A DNA stretch of 64,000 nucleotides from Octopus vulgaris (lineage: Eukaryota), in assembly GCA_951406725.2 (NCBI GenBank), contig OX597818.1:108066001-108130000 (forward strand), in the 5' to 3' direction. Shown here one piece after another: positions 12,414 to 26,138 of the stretch. Made by a program: the position numbers and the translations under genes. Numbering within the stretch: position 1 is the first letter of the stretch; every line of letters starts with the position of its first letter. The notes under the pieces were generated by a model, which was not told the DNA's origin, made no database searches, and saw nothing but the letters and a program-made list of their open reading frames with translations.

Positions 12414-15400
12414 GCCTCCGTGAGGCCCAATACTCAAAAAGAACTCAGCCACTTAGCCTCCGTGAGGCCCAATGCTTGAAAGGAACTCAGCCACTTTGCC
12501 TCCACAAGGCCCAATACTTGAAAGGAACTCAGCCACTTTGCTTCTGTGAGGCCCAACACTCAAAAGGAACTCAGCCACTTAGCCTCCGTGAGGCCCAATG
12601 CTTGAAAGGAACTCAGCCACTTAGCCTCCATGAGGCCCAACACTCAAAAGGAACTCAGCCACTTTGCCTCCGTGAGGCCCAACACTCAAAAGGAACTCAG
12701 GCACTTAGCCTCCATGAGGCCCAATACTCAAAAGGAACTCAGCCACTTTGCCTCCATGAGGCCCAACACTCAAAAGGAACTCAGCCACTTCGCCTCCATG
12801 AGGCCCAACACTCAAAAGGAACTCAGCCACTTTGCCTCCATAAGGCCCAATACTTGAAAGGAACTCAGCCACCTTGCTTCTGTGAGGCCCAACACTCAAA
12901 AGGAACTCAGCCACTTAGCCTCCGTGAGGCCCAATGCTTGAAAGGAACTCAGCCACTTAGCCTCCATGAGGCCCAACACTCAAAAGGAACTCAGCCACTT
13001 TGCCTCCGTGAGGCCCAACACTCAAAAGGAACTCAGCCATTTAGCCTCCATGAGGCCCAATACTCAAAAGGAACTCAGCCACTTTGCCTCCATGAGGCCC
13101 AACACTCAAAAGGAACTCAGCCACTTCGCCTCCATGAGGCCCAACACTCAAAAGGAACTCAGCCACTTTGCCTCCATAAGGCCCAATACTTGAAAGGAAC
13201 TCAGCCACCTTACTTCCGTGAGGCCCAGCACTCAAAAAGGAACTCAGCCACTTAGCCTCCGTGAGGCCCAATGCTTGAAAGGAACTCAGCCACTTAGCCT
13301 CCATGAGGCCCAATGCTTGGAAGGAACTCAGCCACTTTGCCTCCGTGAGGCCCAACACTCAAAAGGAACTCAGGCACTTAGCCTCCATGAGGCCCAACAC
13401 TCAAAAGGAACTCAACCACTTTGCCTCCATAAGGCCCAATACTTGAAAGGAACTCAGCCACCTTGCTTCTGTGAGGCCCAGCACTCAAAAAGGAACTCAA
13501 CCACTTAGCCTCCGTGAGGCCCAATGCTTGAAAGGAACTCAGCCACTTTGCCTCCATGAGGCCCAATGCTTGAAAGGGACTCAGCCACTTTGCCTCCATG
13601 AGGCCCAACACTCAAAAGGAACTCAGGCACTTTGCCTCCATAAGGCCCAATACTTGAAAGAAACTCAGCCACCTTGCTTCTGTGAGGCCAAACACTCAAA
13701 AAGGAACTCAGCCACTTAGCCTCCGTGAGGCCCAATGCTTGAAAGGAACTCAGCCACTTAGCCTCCATGAGGCCCAATGCTTGAAAGGAACTCAGCCACT
13801 TTGCCTCCATGAGGCCCAACACTCAAAAGGAACTCAGCCACTTTGCCTCCATAAGGCCCAATACTTGAAAGGAACTCAGCCACCTTGCTTCTGTGAGGCC
13901 CAACACTCAAAAGGAACTCAGCCACTTAGCCTCCATGAGGCTCAATACTCAAAAGGAACTCAGCCACTTTGCCTCCATGAGGCCCAACACTCAAAAGGAA
14001 CTCAGCAAGTTTTCCTCCATGAGGCCCAACACTCAAAAGGAACTCAGCCACTTTGCCTCCATAAGGCCCAATACTTGAAAGGAACTCAGCCACCTTGCTT
14101 CTGTGAGGCCCAACACTCAAAAGGAACTCAGCCACTTAGCCTCCGTGAGGCCCAATGCTTGAAAGGAACTCAGCCACTTAGCCTCCATGAGGCCCAATGC
14201 TTGAAAGGAACTCAGCCACTTTGCCTCCGTTAGGCCCAACACTCAAAAGGAACTCAGGCACTTAGCCTCCATGAGGCCCAACACTCAAAAGGAACTCAGC
14301 CACTTTGCCTCCATAAGGCCCAATACTTGAAAGGAACTCAGCCACCTTGCTTCTGTGAGGCCCAACACTCAAAAGGAACTCAGCCACTTAGCCTCCGTGA
14401 GGCCCAATGCTTGAAAGGAACTCAGCCACTTTGCCTCCATGAGGCCCAATGCTTGAAAGGAACTCAGCCACTTTGCCTCCGTTAGGCCCAACACTCAAAA
14501 GGAACTCAGGCACTTAGCCTCCATAAGGCCCAACACTCAAAAGGAACTCAACCACTTTGCCTCCATAAGGCCCAATACTTGAAAGGAACTCAGCCACCTT
14601 GCTTCTGTGAGGCCCAGCACTCAAAAAGGAACTCAGCCACTTAGCCTCCGTGAGGCCCAATGCTTGAAAGGAACTCAGCCACTTTGCCTCCATGAGGCCC
14701 AATGCTTGAAGGAACTCAGCCACTTTGCCTCCATGAGGCCCAACACTCAAAAGGAACTCAGGCACTTTGCCTCCATAAGGCCCAATACTTGAAAGAAACT
14801 GAGCCACCTTGCTTCTGTGAGGCCAAACACTCAAAAAGGAACTCAGCCACTTAGCCTCCATGAGGCCCAATGCTTGAAAGGAACTCAGCCACTTAGCCTC
14901 CATGAGGCCCAACACTCAAAAGGAACTCAGCCACTTTGCCTCCATGAGGCCCAACACTCAAAAGGAACTCAGGCACTTTGCCTCCATAAGGCCCAATACT
15001 TGAAAGGAACTCAGCCACCTTGCTTCTGTGAGGCCCAACACTCAAAAGGAACTCAGCCAATTAGCCTCCATGAGGCCCAATACTCAAAAGGACCTCAGCC
15101 ACTTTGCCTCCATGAGGCCCAACACTCAAAAGGAACTCAGCAACTTCGCCTCCATGAGGCCCAACACTCAAAAGGAACTCAGCCACTTTGCCTCCATAAG
15201 GCCCAGTACTTGAAAGGAACTCAGCCACCTTGCTTCTGTGAGGCCCAACACTCAAAAGGAACTCAGCCACAGCCTCCGTGAGGCCCAATACTTGAAAGGA
15301 ACTCAGACACTTAGCCTCCATGAGGCCCAACACTCAAAAGGAACTCAGCCACTTCGCCTCCATGAGGCCCAACACTCAAAAGAAACTCAGCCACTTTGCC

Positions 15401-15672
15401 TCCATGAGCCCCAACACTCAAAAGGAACTCAGCCACTTAGCCTCCGTGAGGCCCAATGCTTGAAAGGAACCCAGCCACTTAGCCTCCGTGAGGCCCAACA
15501 CTCAAAAGGAACCCAGCCACTTAGCCTCTGTGAGGCCCAACACTCAAAAGGAACCCAGCCACTTAGCCTCCATGAGGCCCAACACTCAAAAGGAACCCAG
15601 CCACTTTGCCTCCATGAGGCCCAATACTCAAAAGGAACTCAGCCACTTTGCTTCCGTGAGGCCCAACACTCA
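12414..15672. repeat. 42-bp minisatellite, about 77 units
   Basis: Consensus GCCTCCATGAGGCCCAACACTCAAAAGGAACTCAGCCACTTT, head to tail with no spacers; variant units recur in blocks. Confidence 0.97.
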
Positions 15673-15751
15673 GCCATAAAAAGAATGAAAGGCAAAAATC
15701 ATTCTCTAGCAGGATTTAAACTCAATACATAAAGGAATGGAAAGGTAGGAA

Positions 15752-15940
15752 GCAGGTAGAATAGTGAGGATGCTGGGCAAAATGCCGTGTGGCATTTCAT
15801 TGAACTTCAGAGTTCAAATGCTGCTGCTGGGGTTGGCTTTGCCTTTCATCCTTTTGGGATAAAATAAGTAGCAGTGAAACACCAGAGATTGATCGACTTA
15901 ACCCCGTCACCCAAAATTGCTGGCCTTGTGCCAAAATTTG
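15752..15940 (+). mobile_element. SINE family B (Deu/Nin-like central domain)
   Basis: GTTCAAAT B-box followed by GCCTTTCATCCTTTTGGG-ATAAAATAAGTA; similar to 37411-37620. Confidence 0.75.
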
Positions 15941-16537
15941 TTATCTAAAGGAATTCAACAAAATTCCATTTTCCTCATCCACAATGCTTCGTCTCACCTT
16001 AGTCTGCTACTGCTCATAGCAATATTTGATCTCCTGTAGCAGAAGCTAACAATAGAAGCTGTCGGTTGGGGTAGGAGTGTGGTTAATTGCTAATCAGCAA
16101 ACTATGAATTACTGTGCATTAATAAAGCATGTAAAGAAGAGGAGGAGGAGGAGGAGGAGGAGGAGGAGGAGAGAGTGAATAGATGTTCGTGCAGTCTGCA
16201 CTTTGCTCTGACTAAGGAAGAAACACGTTGCTGTTATATTGATTGTCCTCGAGGTAGAGAGAGATAAATAACGAAATAAGCCCGAGTAATTAAGTAAGAG
16301 AAATGAATAAATAATTGGGGGGTTCTAAAAATCAATCAATAAATAAATTAGTGAACCGATCAATAAATATATTAGTAAAGTTAGTAAGTTGGTAGTTTTT
16401 AGTCTCAGCAGTATCAACCAATGGAAAATATTGAAGCATTAAATTGCAAAGAGTCGTAAATGAAAATAAACAGCCATTAGATAAATAAATAAATAAATAA
16501 ATGAGTGAAAGTGTTAAAGTACTAAACTTGGTGGCTG

Positions 16538-16571
<34 letters not shown>

Positions 16572-17028
16572 TGTCGTTGTCACCATCGTTATCATCATCA
16601 TATCATCATCATCATCACCATCATTGTTGTCATTGTTGTCATCATCGTTATTGTAATCATTATTACCATCATCATCATCATCGGCATCATTATCCTCTTC
16701 CTCACCATCATAGATGTCATCACCATCATCCTCCTCATTATCATCATCGTTGTCATCATTATTGTCATCATTATTACCATCATCATCATCATCATCATCA
16801 TAACTACCACTACCATCATCATCATCAACATCATCGTCATCATTATCCTCTTCATCACCATCATAGATGTCTTCACCATCCTCCATCTCCTCATCATCAT
16901 CGTTGTTATTGTCATCATCATTAACATCATCATTGTCATCGTCCTCATCATTATCATCATGTTTATCAACTTCAACATCACCATCATCACCATCATCATC
17001 GTTGTCGTTATCACCATCGTCATTGCCA

Positions 17029-17061
<33 letters not shown>

Positions 17062-17188
17062 GTTATCATCATCACTCTCATCATCATCATGATTATCATT
17101 GTCATTATCATCATCATCATCATCATCATCATCATAATGATTATCATTGTCATAATCATCCTCATTATCATTATCATAATCATCATCA
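16538..17188. repeat. Degenerate (CAT)n trinucleotide tract
   Basis: About 650 bp of CAT/CGT/CCT/TAT triplets; source of the poly-M/D/H/S ORFs. Confidence 0.92.
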
Positions 17189-17652
17189 GCTCTAATTTTT
17201 GTCCTTTAAACCCATAATGCTTAACTAAAGATATTGTTTATAAACAAACAATGTATTGCGCAAATGAACATTATCTTCAATGGCCTCTATTTGTATGATG
17301 GCAAATCATTTAAAATAAATGTATGACTCCCATACTCACATATTTTGAGACCTTAGCAAATCTAATAAGAAAACTTCATACATCTGCGAAGTGAAAAATA
17401 AACCTCCACTCTGCAGCTTGAACTAGAACATCTTAAAAATGATGAAATCACAACCAAGTAATATGAAGCCATGCAAACTTTGCACCTCAGAAAGCCTGGA
17501 AATTTTTTTATTGAGTTTCTCCTTCTAAACATTCTATGTTATTTTACTCTACATGTATAGGATTTCTAAGACATAAAAATCTTATTATGCAATTAACTTC
17601 CCCAATTACTAATGATTAAAACAGTCTACTCTTTATAAAAATATTTCCTGCT

Positions 17653-17830
17653 ATAGGCACCAGGCCTGAAATTTGTGAGGAGAGGTATAATCGATTACAT
17701 TGACCCCAGTGCTCACCTGGTACTTATTTTATCGAACCCCAAAAAATGAAAGGTAAAGTTGGCCTCAGCAGCATCTGACCTCATAACATAAAGAAGTACA
17801 AAATTCTGCAAAACATTTTGTCTGGTATAC
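17653..17830 (-). mobile_element. SINE family B (diverged)
   Basis: Reverse match containing GGTACTTATTTTATCGA..CCC..ATGAAAGG. Confidence 0.7.
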
Positions 17831-18458
17831 TAACAATTTTGACAGTACACTGTCTTTATTGTAAGGTCTTTATTTATCATTTCCTTGTATTAGACACATG
17901 TTTTGATCTATTATATTGTTTAATATATCATTTTATTGTATTATTTCTAATTTTCTTACATATTCTAATATTATTTCTGTTCTTTGCTATGTTCTGTTTT
18001 CCCCCTGACGATGATAAGCCTCTCCATCTTCACCTATAGCTATATTTTCCATATAATTAGCCATCACTCATTCATCCTCCTCTCTCACCCTCGACCACAC
18101 AGCAGTTCCATTATTAGCAGAGATGTCAAAATCCACTCACTCTTCTTGTGACTCTTTGTTGTTCCACTTTTTCCCATTTTTCTATATTCCTGCATTATTT
18201 CACAATCTACAACTTAACCACTATCAGAGCTAATATTGTTGATGTCACCACAATTACCAACGTATAGATTTTGGATTTTCTGCTTAATACTAAACAACAC
18301 TCCTGAAAGATCAATAAAAGCACAAATGGAAGTTACATGCAATTCTCTTTATCTTACTTGGATTCAATAAAATAAGCACCAGTTGCACACTGGGGTCAAT
18401 GTAATCAACTACCCCACTTCCCTTGAAATTACTGGGTTTCTGCCAAAATTTGAAACCC

Positions 18459-18538
<80 letters not shown>

Positions 18539-18541
<3 letters not shown>

Positions 18542-18882
18542 TAGTTTTATTTTTATAGCGTGCTTTCACTTCACTACCGAGCGCAGCTCTGTGTGCCTTG
18601 GGTATGTGCTGTGATTTGTTGTGATGCTCTGATGGTTATTGTATGGAAAGTGTTCTGTGTAGGATGTGTGCAGTGCCTAGTAGTGCAATTTTCTGTATGT
18701 TATATGTGTTTGTAAGTCCTGGTGTTTTTGTTATATATTTGTCTGAATATTTTTTTATCATGCCTAATGCACCTACTATGATAGGAATTGTTTCTGCTTT
18801 TAGATTCCAAATTCTGGTTACCTCTATTTCCAGGTCTTTGTATTTTGAAAGTTTCTCCATTTCCTTTAGAGAAACGTTGTCA
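18539..18882 (-). mobile_element. Dong/R4-type non-LTR retrotransposon, 3' fragment in (TAA)n
   Basis: ORF 18636-18860 EKLSKYKDLEIEVTRIW..IPIIVGALG..IQKIALLGTAHIL is a restriction-enzyme-like (REL) endonuclease C-terminus; (TTA)n on both sides. Confidence 0.88.
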
Positions 18883-18890
18883 TATTATTA

Positions 18891-18952
<62 letters not shown>

Positions 18953-19086
18953 GTTATTGAACTGTTGGAAAAGAAAAATTCCTAACGTCAGGCTACAAGT
19001 AACCTTAGATGCCAAGAACTCTCTTAAGTATCCTAGCTATATTATTATAATTATTATTATTATTATTATTGTTATTATTATTATTA

Positions 19087-19436
19087 TTACCTCCACCTTT
19101 GCTAAGGCAGAGGTATTGTTCATTTGTCTGTGGACAAGATATCTCAAGAACTGTTGGATGGATTCAGATGAAACCTTCAGGGATGTTTGGCCCTGTGACT
19201 GGTACAAACCAGTTAGATTTTGACATCGATCTGGTACTGGACAAGGATTCTGGATTATTTTTCCTGTTTCTTTACTTAATTTTTGAGAGCTGTTGGGTTC
19301 ATTTTTAGTATTCTCATTTGTGAGAGCAGTCGAGTTTCTTTCAGATATTCTCGTTTTAAAAATCGTCTCTGGCTAATCACTGAGGAGACATTGGTGTTGC
19401 CCTAGTGGAGGTTTGCGTTTTCTGAGTGCTCTTGTT
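19087..19436 (+). mobile_element. Non-autonomous Helentron/DINE-like element
   Basis: 5' TTACCTCCACC..GCAGAGGTA hairpin, 3' subterminal inverted GTGGAGGT, then a GCGTTTTCTGAGTGC stem-loop and a T-rich end; no target-site duplication visible. Confidence 0.6.
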
Positions 19437-19443
19437 TTTATTA

Positions 19444-19493
<50 letters not shown>

Positions 19494-19501
19494 GTTGTTA
19501 T

Positions 19502-19797
19502 TTTTTCCTTCTTTCTTCAAATTTTCTTCCGTTTCTCACCGAGTGTTTTCCATACACCTAGGGCAGAGAAGCTCATTGTATGCATTCCCAGATTACACAC
19601 GCAAATTCACAGGTAAAATATGTATTTAAAATAGTTAATAAATAAATAAATAAATTCATGGATGGATGTTATTTCCACAGTGATAATGCTCTTCTCAGTA
19701 CATGAGTTGTTCCAGTTAACACAATTTTTTGCACTTCCTCTAGGGATGGTAAGCCTGGTATCATTTTCAAATAAGTTTCAGCACCTTTTTTTATCAT
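19502..19797 (-). mobile_element. Dong/R4-type LINE, short 3' fragment
   Basis: Minus strand encodes MIKKGAETYLKMIPGLPSLEEVQKIVLTGTTHVLRRALSL, homologous to the end of the 20157-20969 ORF; 3' end abuts (TAA)n. Confidence 0.85.
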
Positions 19798-19971
19798 CAT
19801 CATCATCATCATCATTATATGAAAACTCACAGCTTATTTTGCTGGGTATGATGGAAAGTGTCAGCTGTCCCCAACCAGCTGAGGTGACGCTTGTTTATTG
19901 GTCATGCTTCAAGAACCCTATTATCATTACTATTATTATTATTATTATTAATATTATTATTATTATTATGT

Positions 19972-20969
19972 TATCTTTTTTTTCTTCTTCTTTCAAATTT
20001 GCTTCCATTTCTTGCCGAGTGTCTTCCCGACTCCTAGGGCAAAGAAACTCATAGTATACATTGGTAGGCCATTAAACTAAACTCACTAGTTCGTTCATTT
20101 TTTTTTCTTTTTTTTCTTTTTAAAGTTAAATTAAAATACATGGGTAGTAATAGTTCTCACATCGACAATGCTCTTCTCAATACGTATGATGTACCAGTTA
20201 AGACAATCTTTTGCACTTCTTGCAGGGATGGTAAGCCAGGGATCATTCTCATATAATTTTCGGTTCCCTTTTTGATCATTCCTAGTGCTCCTACGATCAC
20301 TGGTATTGTAACCGCCTTCAGATGCCACATTTTCTCAATTTCAATGAGCAGGTCTTTATATTTTCTGAGCTTGTCAAACTCTTTCGCCAAGATATTATGA
20401 TCACAGGGGATGCTCATGTCAATCAATAAGCAAACTTTATTGTTTTGGTCTTTCACAACAATATCCAGTTTATTGGCTTTTATGGTTCGGTCTGTATGTA
20501 CTGGAAAGTCCCACAGAATCGTTACATTTTCTCCTTCAGTTACAGCTTCAGGGTGGTGATTATACCACTTGTCGGCAGTTTTGATATTGTAATGCCGACT
20601 TATTAGCCAGTGGAGATATTGGCCAACTCTGTCATGTCTTAATTTATACTCCACTGGTGCTAAGACTTTACATCCAGAGATTAGGTGGTCCACTGTTTCA
20701 ATCATGTCGTTGCAGAATCGGCATTTTGGGTCTGCTCCATTTTTCATCACATTGGCCTGGTAGTTCCGGGTTAATAGGCTTTGATCTTGTGCAACCAGGA
20801 TGAAACCTTCGCTCTCTGCTTTTAGCCCTGAGCTCTGTAGCCACTGATGGGTTTGCTTCGGGTCAACATCAGCTTGTTTGCTATGGGCCACATATTTGCC
20901 GTGCAGAGGTTTCTCCTCCCACCTATCAGCCAATTGCTTGTGCGCTTTTTTCGTTGCCATTATTTTCAC
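19972..20969 (-). mobile_element. Dong/R4-type LINE, 1-kb 3' fragment with open CCHC and REL domains
   Basis: 270-aa ORF with LHGKY, QDQ, CRFC-x7-H-x4-C zinc knuckle, RHD, WDF, (L)D..IDMSIP and KYKDL; flanked by (TAA)n. Confidence 0.93.
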
Positions 20970-21042
<73 letters not shown>

Positions 21043-21089
21043 TATTATTATTATTATTATTATTATCATTATTATTATTATCAACATCA

Positions 21090-21120
<31 letters not shown>

Positions 21121-22056
21121 TGTGAGACACAGCAGCACATGCTATCAAAGTGACACTGAGGTACAAGTATACAAAACCCAATTTACCCATCATAACAACA
21201 AGTCTGATAGGGGTACACCAGGCATGTGCATCTCAGTATCTCCCTCTATCCATCTACCACCCACACTCCCACATACTTACCTACCCACCCATACCACTTC
21301 TATTTATTCACTTTCCTGTAATGAGGGTTTGTCCTGACACATTTTCATCACCATCCTCTTTCTTTTCCAACTGGGGTAACTATATGTATCCCCTACAGCA
21401 AGACATCTGCTCCTGTCCCTACTCCATCGTCCATCATACATCTCATCACTTGGCATAATGCCACCTCTCTTAAGACTCTGCCTCCCTTTGCTGAAGAGCC
21501 TTGTCTTACAAGTTGTTTGGTAACCTCAGTCCTGTTGGTGTCACATAAAATGCACCCAGGACACTCTGTAAAGCGGTTGCCATTAGAAAAGGCCTCCAGC
21601 TGTAAAAATGATGTCAAACGGAGACTAAAGATTGATATATTCGTTTGCCTCATCAGTCAGTCATCAGTCATCCCATTCATTCAATGCCAACATGAAAAAT
21701 GAACATTAAATGAGGATGTCAATCACATACACTCACCCACACACACACACACACATACACATATGTGGGTGTGTGTGGGGGTATTTGTGTCTGTATGTAT
21801 TTGTGTATTTATTTCATTTTGTCGCTTCCATTTTATCAATTTCTATTTTCACAAATTAATTTTGTCTTATTTATACTTCAATGAATATTTCTATACACTT
21901 TGTCTCACTTTTGTTTATTATTTTAATTAATTTCAATTTTATTTTAATTTACAAGGTGTTTTGAGTTCTCAGTTCTTTTTATAAATTGTTGTATATAACT
22001 CGTATATAGTCACAAACACACACACATATATATGTATGTGTGTGTGCGTACATTCC

Positions 22057-22091
<35 letters not shown>

Positions 22092-22492
22092 ATGTATATG
22101 TGTATACATATACATATGATATATCCATATATATACATACATATATGTATATATGTATATGCTTATAATGTAGATATGTATGTATGTGTGTATATATATA
22201 CACATATATATATATACACATATGCACATGCATACATCATATACACATACACACACATATATAGATACATGCATACATATATACATACATACATACACAC
22301 ACACTCACACACACACACACCACACACATATATGCAGATGTGCAAAGACATGCATCGAATGCAGAGTTCCAGCATGGCCATTGCTGCTATGGCTAAAGCG
22401 AAATAAAGAAATATAGAACATGTAAACACATGTTTATTTGTGCATGAATATGTGTGTGTGTATCTGGATATATATATGTATCTATCTCTCTC

Positions 22493-22565
<73 letters not shown>

Positions 22566-22821
22566 TATATATGTATATATATATGTATATATATATTTAC
22601 ATACATGCATACATACATATCTACATAAATATATATATTCATAAGTGCTTATGTGTCTGTGTACACGTATAAATGCATGCATATATCTGTAACAATCAAT
22701 TTATCTGTGTATATATATAAATATATATATATATAAATATATATATATATATGTATATATATAAATATATAAATATGATATATATATATATAAATATATA
22801 TATGATATATATATATGAATG

Positions 22822-22865
<44 letters not shown>

Positions 22866-22917
22866 GTATATGTATATATGATATTGTTTTACATTAATAT
22901 ATATGCATACATATATC

Positions 22918-22958
<41 letters not shown>

Positions 22959-23400
22959 TGTATTTATGTGTGTATTTATGTGTGTATGTGTGTGTGTGTT
23001 TGTGCATGTCTGAGTGTGTATATGCTTGTGCTTTGTGTGCATATGCACATACACAAATGCATTCATAAATATATTTTTGTGAATTTATGATTATTTGTTT
23101 ACTTTTCCCCCCTTCCCATATTTTCTACCAACCTCCAACCCACTTCCTGCCTCCTCCTCCTCCTCCTCCTCCTCCTCCTCCTTTCAACCACCACCACCAC
23201 CACCTCCTCCCACCACCCCATCGTCCAATGTCCTGAAAGCAAGCCATTAGCTGTTATTTTTGTCTTTGATATTTCACTCAAATGTATAATTTCGTCTAAT
23301 ATTTCATCTTTGATTCTGGAATTGATTACAATATCCTTTGCTACAACAACAACGACCAGCGGTTTTACCACCATGAAAAGCATTAACTACTACTACTACC

Positions 23401-23433
<33 letters not shown>

Positions 23434-24244
23434 ACTACTACTACTACTGCTGCCACTGCTGCTACTTCTGTGCCAACAAGAGTAAACAGGAGACAACAAA
23501 GGGTACTGATAATTTCACAAACCTCATCTCTATCCATAGCCATATTCTTTCGGCCATCTTCGGCATAGATATTGTGAACTTTATCCCACTTTCCAAGATC
23601 TCACAGCAGACAATTGGCAAGCCTCTACATGGTAACTGAGTCCGCAGCCAAATCTCCCTCGAATCATACCTTGTTGTCTTTGAAATGGATTTATTGGAAA
23701 TAGATATTTTTGAGTTTCTCGCACATAAACGGCAGTGCCCCAGCATGGCCACAGCTTTGAGATAAAACCAATAAAAGAATAGTAAAAGTTGGGATGGTCA
23801 TGGCTAGAATGCTTTTGATTAAATGCTTGCTTGATTAATGTTGATTTGGAGCAAGACAAAATAGCATATTCCTCTACCATTATCACTGCTCCTAAAATCC
23901 AAACCGAAATAATAGCCATGGATTCAACAATTGTCCAGCAAGCGAGCCTAGATGTGGTCACTGAGACGGCTAGAAATAGCAGCCAAATCTTGACAAAATA
24001 TAATACCATCTTCAACAAGGGAAAGGTAGACATGAGGTAATAAAAACTTGGTTTTGAGCCCCTTTAAAAGATATGAGAGTATGATGATAGTTGGAAAGAT
24101 TTAATTGTTGATGTATTTGATTAGAATTGATCTGAAGCTAACGAACAACAGAGCAATTCTAGAAACTTCTTTGCTGATATTAAAACTGATACTCTGTCGG
24201 TTATTATAATGAGAAGCGGGTGGTGGTGGTGGGGTGTGGGGGTC

Positions 24245-24530
24245 CAGTGGACCTGGTCAACAGAACAGCCTACTTGTGAAATCAACACACAAGTGGCTGA
24301 GTACTCCACAGGCATATGTACCCTTAACATTGTTCTTAGGGAGGATTCAGTATGACACAGAATGAGACAAGGCTGGTCCCTTAAATTACTGCTACAACAC
24401 GCTTTGCCAACTGAGTGGACGGGAGCAATGTGAGATAGAGTGTCTTGCTCAAGAACATAATGTGCCACAGGGTATTAAACTCATAGCCTTACGATTAGGA
24501 GCTGAACCCCTTAACCATGAAGTCGTGTAA
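24245..24530 (-). mobile_element. tRNA-derived SINE family C (diverged)
   Basis: Similar to 50565-50916 (CAAGTGGCTGAGTACTCCACAG..GTACCCTTAAC); tRNA-like head at the right end. Confidence 0.75.
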
Positions 24531-25374
24531 CTTCCCTGCCAACATCACTATCATCACAAACAGTAACACCAATAGCCTTTCACCTACGTTATCACCACCA
24601 CCACCACCAACACCACCAACATCCCAAACAGCACTACAGACATTCTTAATACCAGTGCCAACACCATCCAAAACAATTCCAACAAATCATTATGGCCACC
24701 ATTAACAACTACAGCAAGAAAACCTAATGCAAGAATAGCTACAACAACAACAACAAGTAGAATAACAGCAGCCAAAGAAACCCAAGTCATATCAGCTGAA
24801 TGTGTGATGTTAGCTAGACTGTAGATCACTGAAAGTTCCAGTAAAAGCCAGTCTAATCTCAAATAATTACAGTACATACCCTTATAAATGTTTCATTTAC
24901 GTAAAAAGCTTTGAGGAAAGATAGACAAGGAAGGACAAACTCTCAAGGAAGAATAGAAAAAAGCGATTTCTCTCATTGTATATTAATGCCGTTATATTCT
25001 ATGAATATTCGATATCCATATTAAATAAGAGAAGAGCAAAAATGGTGAAGTGCAAGACTTAATGCCTTAAAGTATTAATTTTGTCCTTGGTGGTTTTAAC
25101 TTGAAACCCCATCTGTGGGGTGATGAGATTAGTTATAAGATTATTCTAATCGTGACACAAGTTGCATTCGTCGGATTAGTCTTGTTATAATTCAGTTTGA
25201 ATTAGGGCATTGAACTGGCAGAAACGTTGGAACCCACAACTAAATCCCTCGTTCTGATTAGTTTACGTGCCTTCAGTTTAGATTTTTCTCCCTTTCTGAT
25301 TCCCAGTTCAAATCCTCTTGCAGCCAATTGGGTTCTTATACCTCCAGGGTTGACAAAAGGAGTTCCATCAATCT

Positions 25375-25650
25375 TCTCTCTTTTATCTTTAACTTATTTC
25401 AGTCATTACACTGCGATCATGCTGGAGCAACCTCTCAAAGAATTTTAGTCAAAGGTACCAACCCCATTACTTATTTTTATTTTAAACCCTGATGCTCGTT
25501 CTGTCTGTCTCTTTTGCTGAACCACTAAGTCACTGGGCACAAACACATCACCACCAGTTGTCAAGCAGTGGTGGGGGACAAACACACACACACACACATA
25601 TGTGATGGGCTTCTTTTAGTTTCCATCTACCAAATCCACTCACAATGCTT
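25375..25650 (-). mobile_element. SINE family A, 3' part
   Basis: Reverse match to 4735-5000. Confidence 0.8.
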
Positions 25651-25739
25651 AAAAGCCAATGTTAGGAATCAATACTATATAACAGTAATGGATGTATGTC
25701 AGTAGTAAAGGACCGAATTAAATGCCTCCTGTTTGTCAT

Positions 25740-26000
25740 TTTGCTCCTTTGCATTCCGTTTAGATGTTTCCTTTGCAAATTTTCTCTTCATTCCTCAGAG
25801 ATTTTGATAAAATAACCACCAGTCAGGTTAATGACCAAATCCAATCAACAATAGTCATTAACATCAGATATTCTTCCATAAATTTTAAACCTCATGTCAA
25901 TCTGATAAATTGCTATCGATGCTTTATGAATACTTGGCTGCCCAAATGTGTGGAGTGTAGTGGTACTGTTTTCCAACCGATTTCAATACGGGTCTTAATG
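25740..26000 (-). mobile_element. Possible Penelope endonuclease C-terminal relic
   Basis: Frameshifted RLENSTT..HIWAAK..IDMRFKI resembles the NSTxLSxHIWxLK segment that follows the Penelope GIY-YIG motif. Confidence 0.4.
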
Positions 26001-26007
26001 TGCATGC

Positions 26008-26054
<47 letters not shown>

Positions 26055-26138
26055 TGTATGTGTATGTATGTGTCTGTGTGTACATATACATATATATATA
26101 ATAAAGGTGGCTTGTTAGTAATTTTTCAACCAAAAGCA

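Noticed and set aside
12414-15672. CRISPR array or repetitive protein gene (KGTQPL repeats)
   Set aside because: Units are contiguous with no unique spacers, there are no cas genes, the context is eukaryotic, and frames are broken by 41- and 43-bp units.
16332-17186. 284-aa Asp/Met-rich ORF
   Set aside because: It is a degenerate (CAT)n tract open in several frames, with no splice or domain evidence.
23831-24040. 69-aa protein-like ORF
   Set aside because: It overlaps a dispersed repeat (TAGAAATAGC..AAAT, also near 56396) and shows no recognisable domain.
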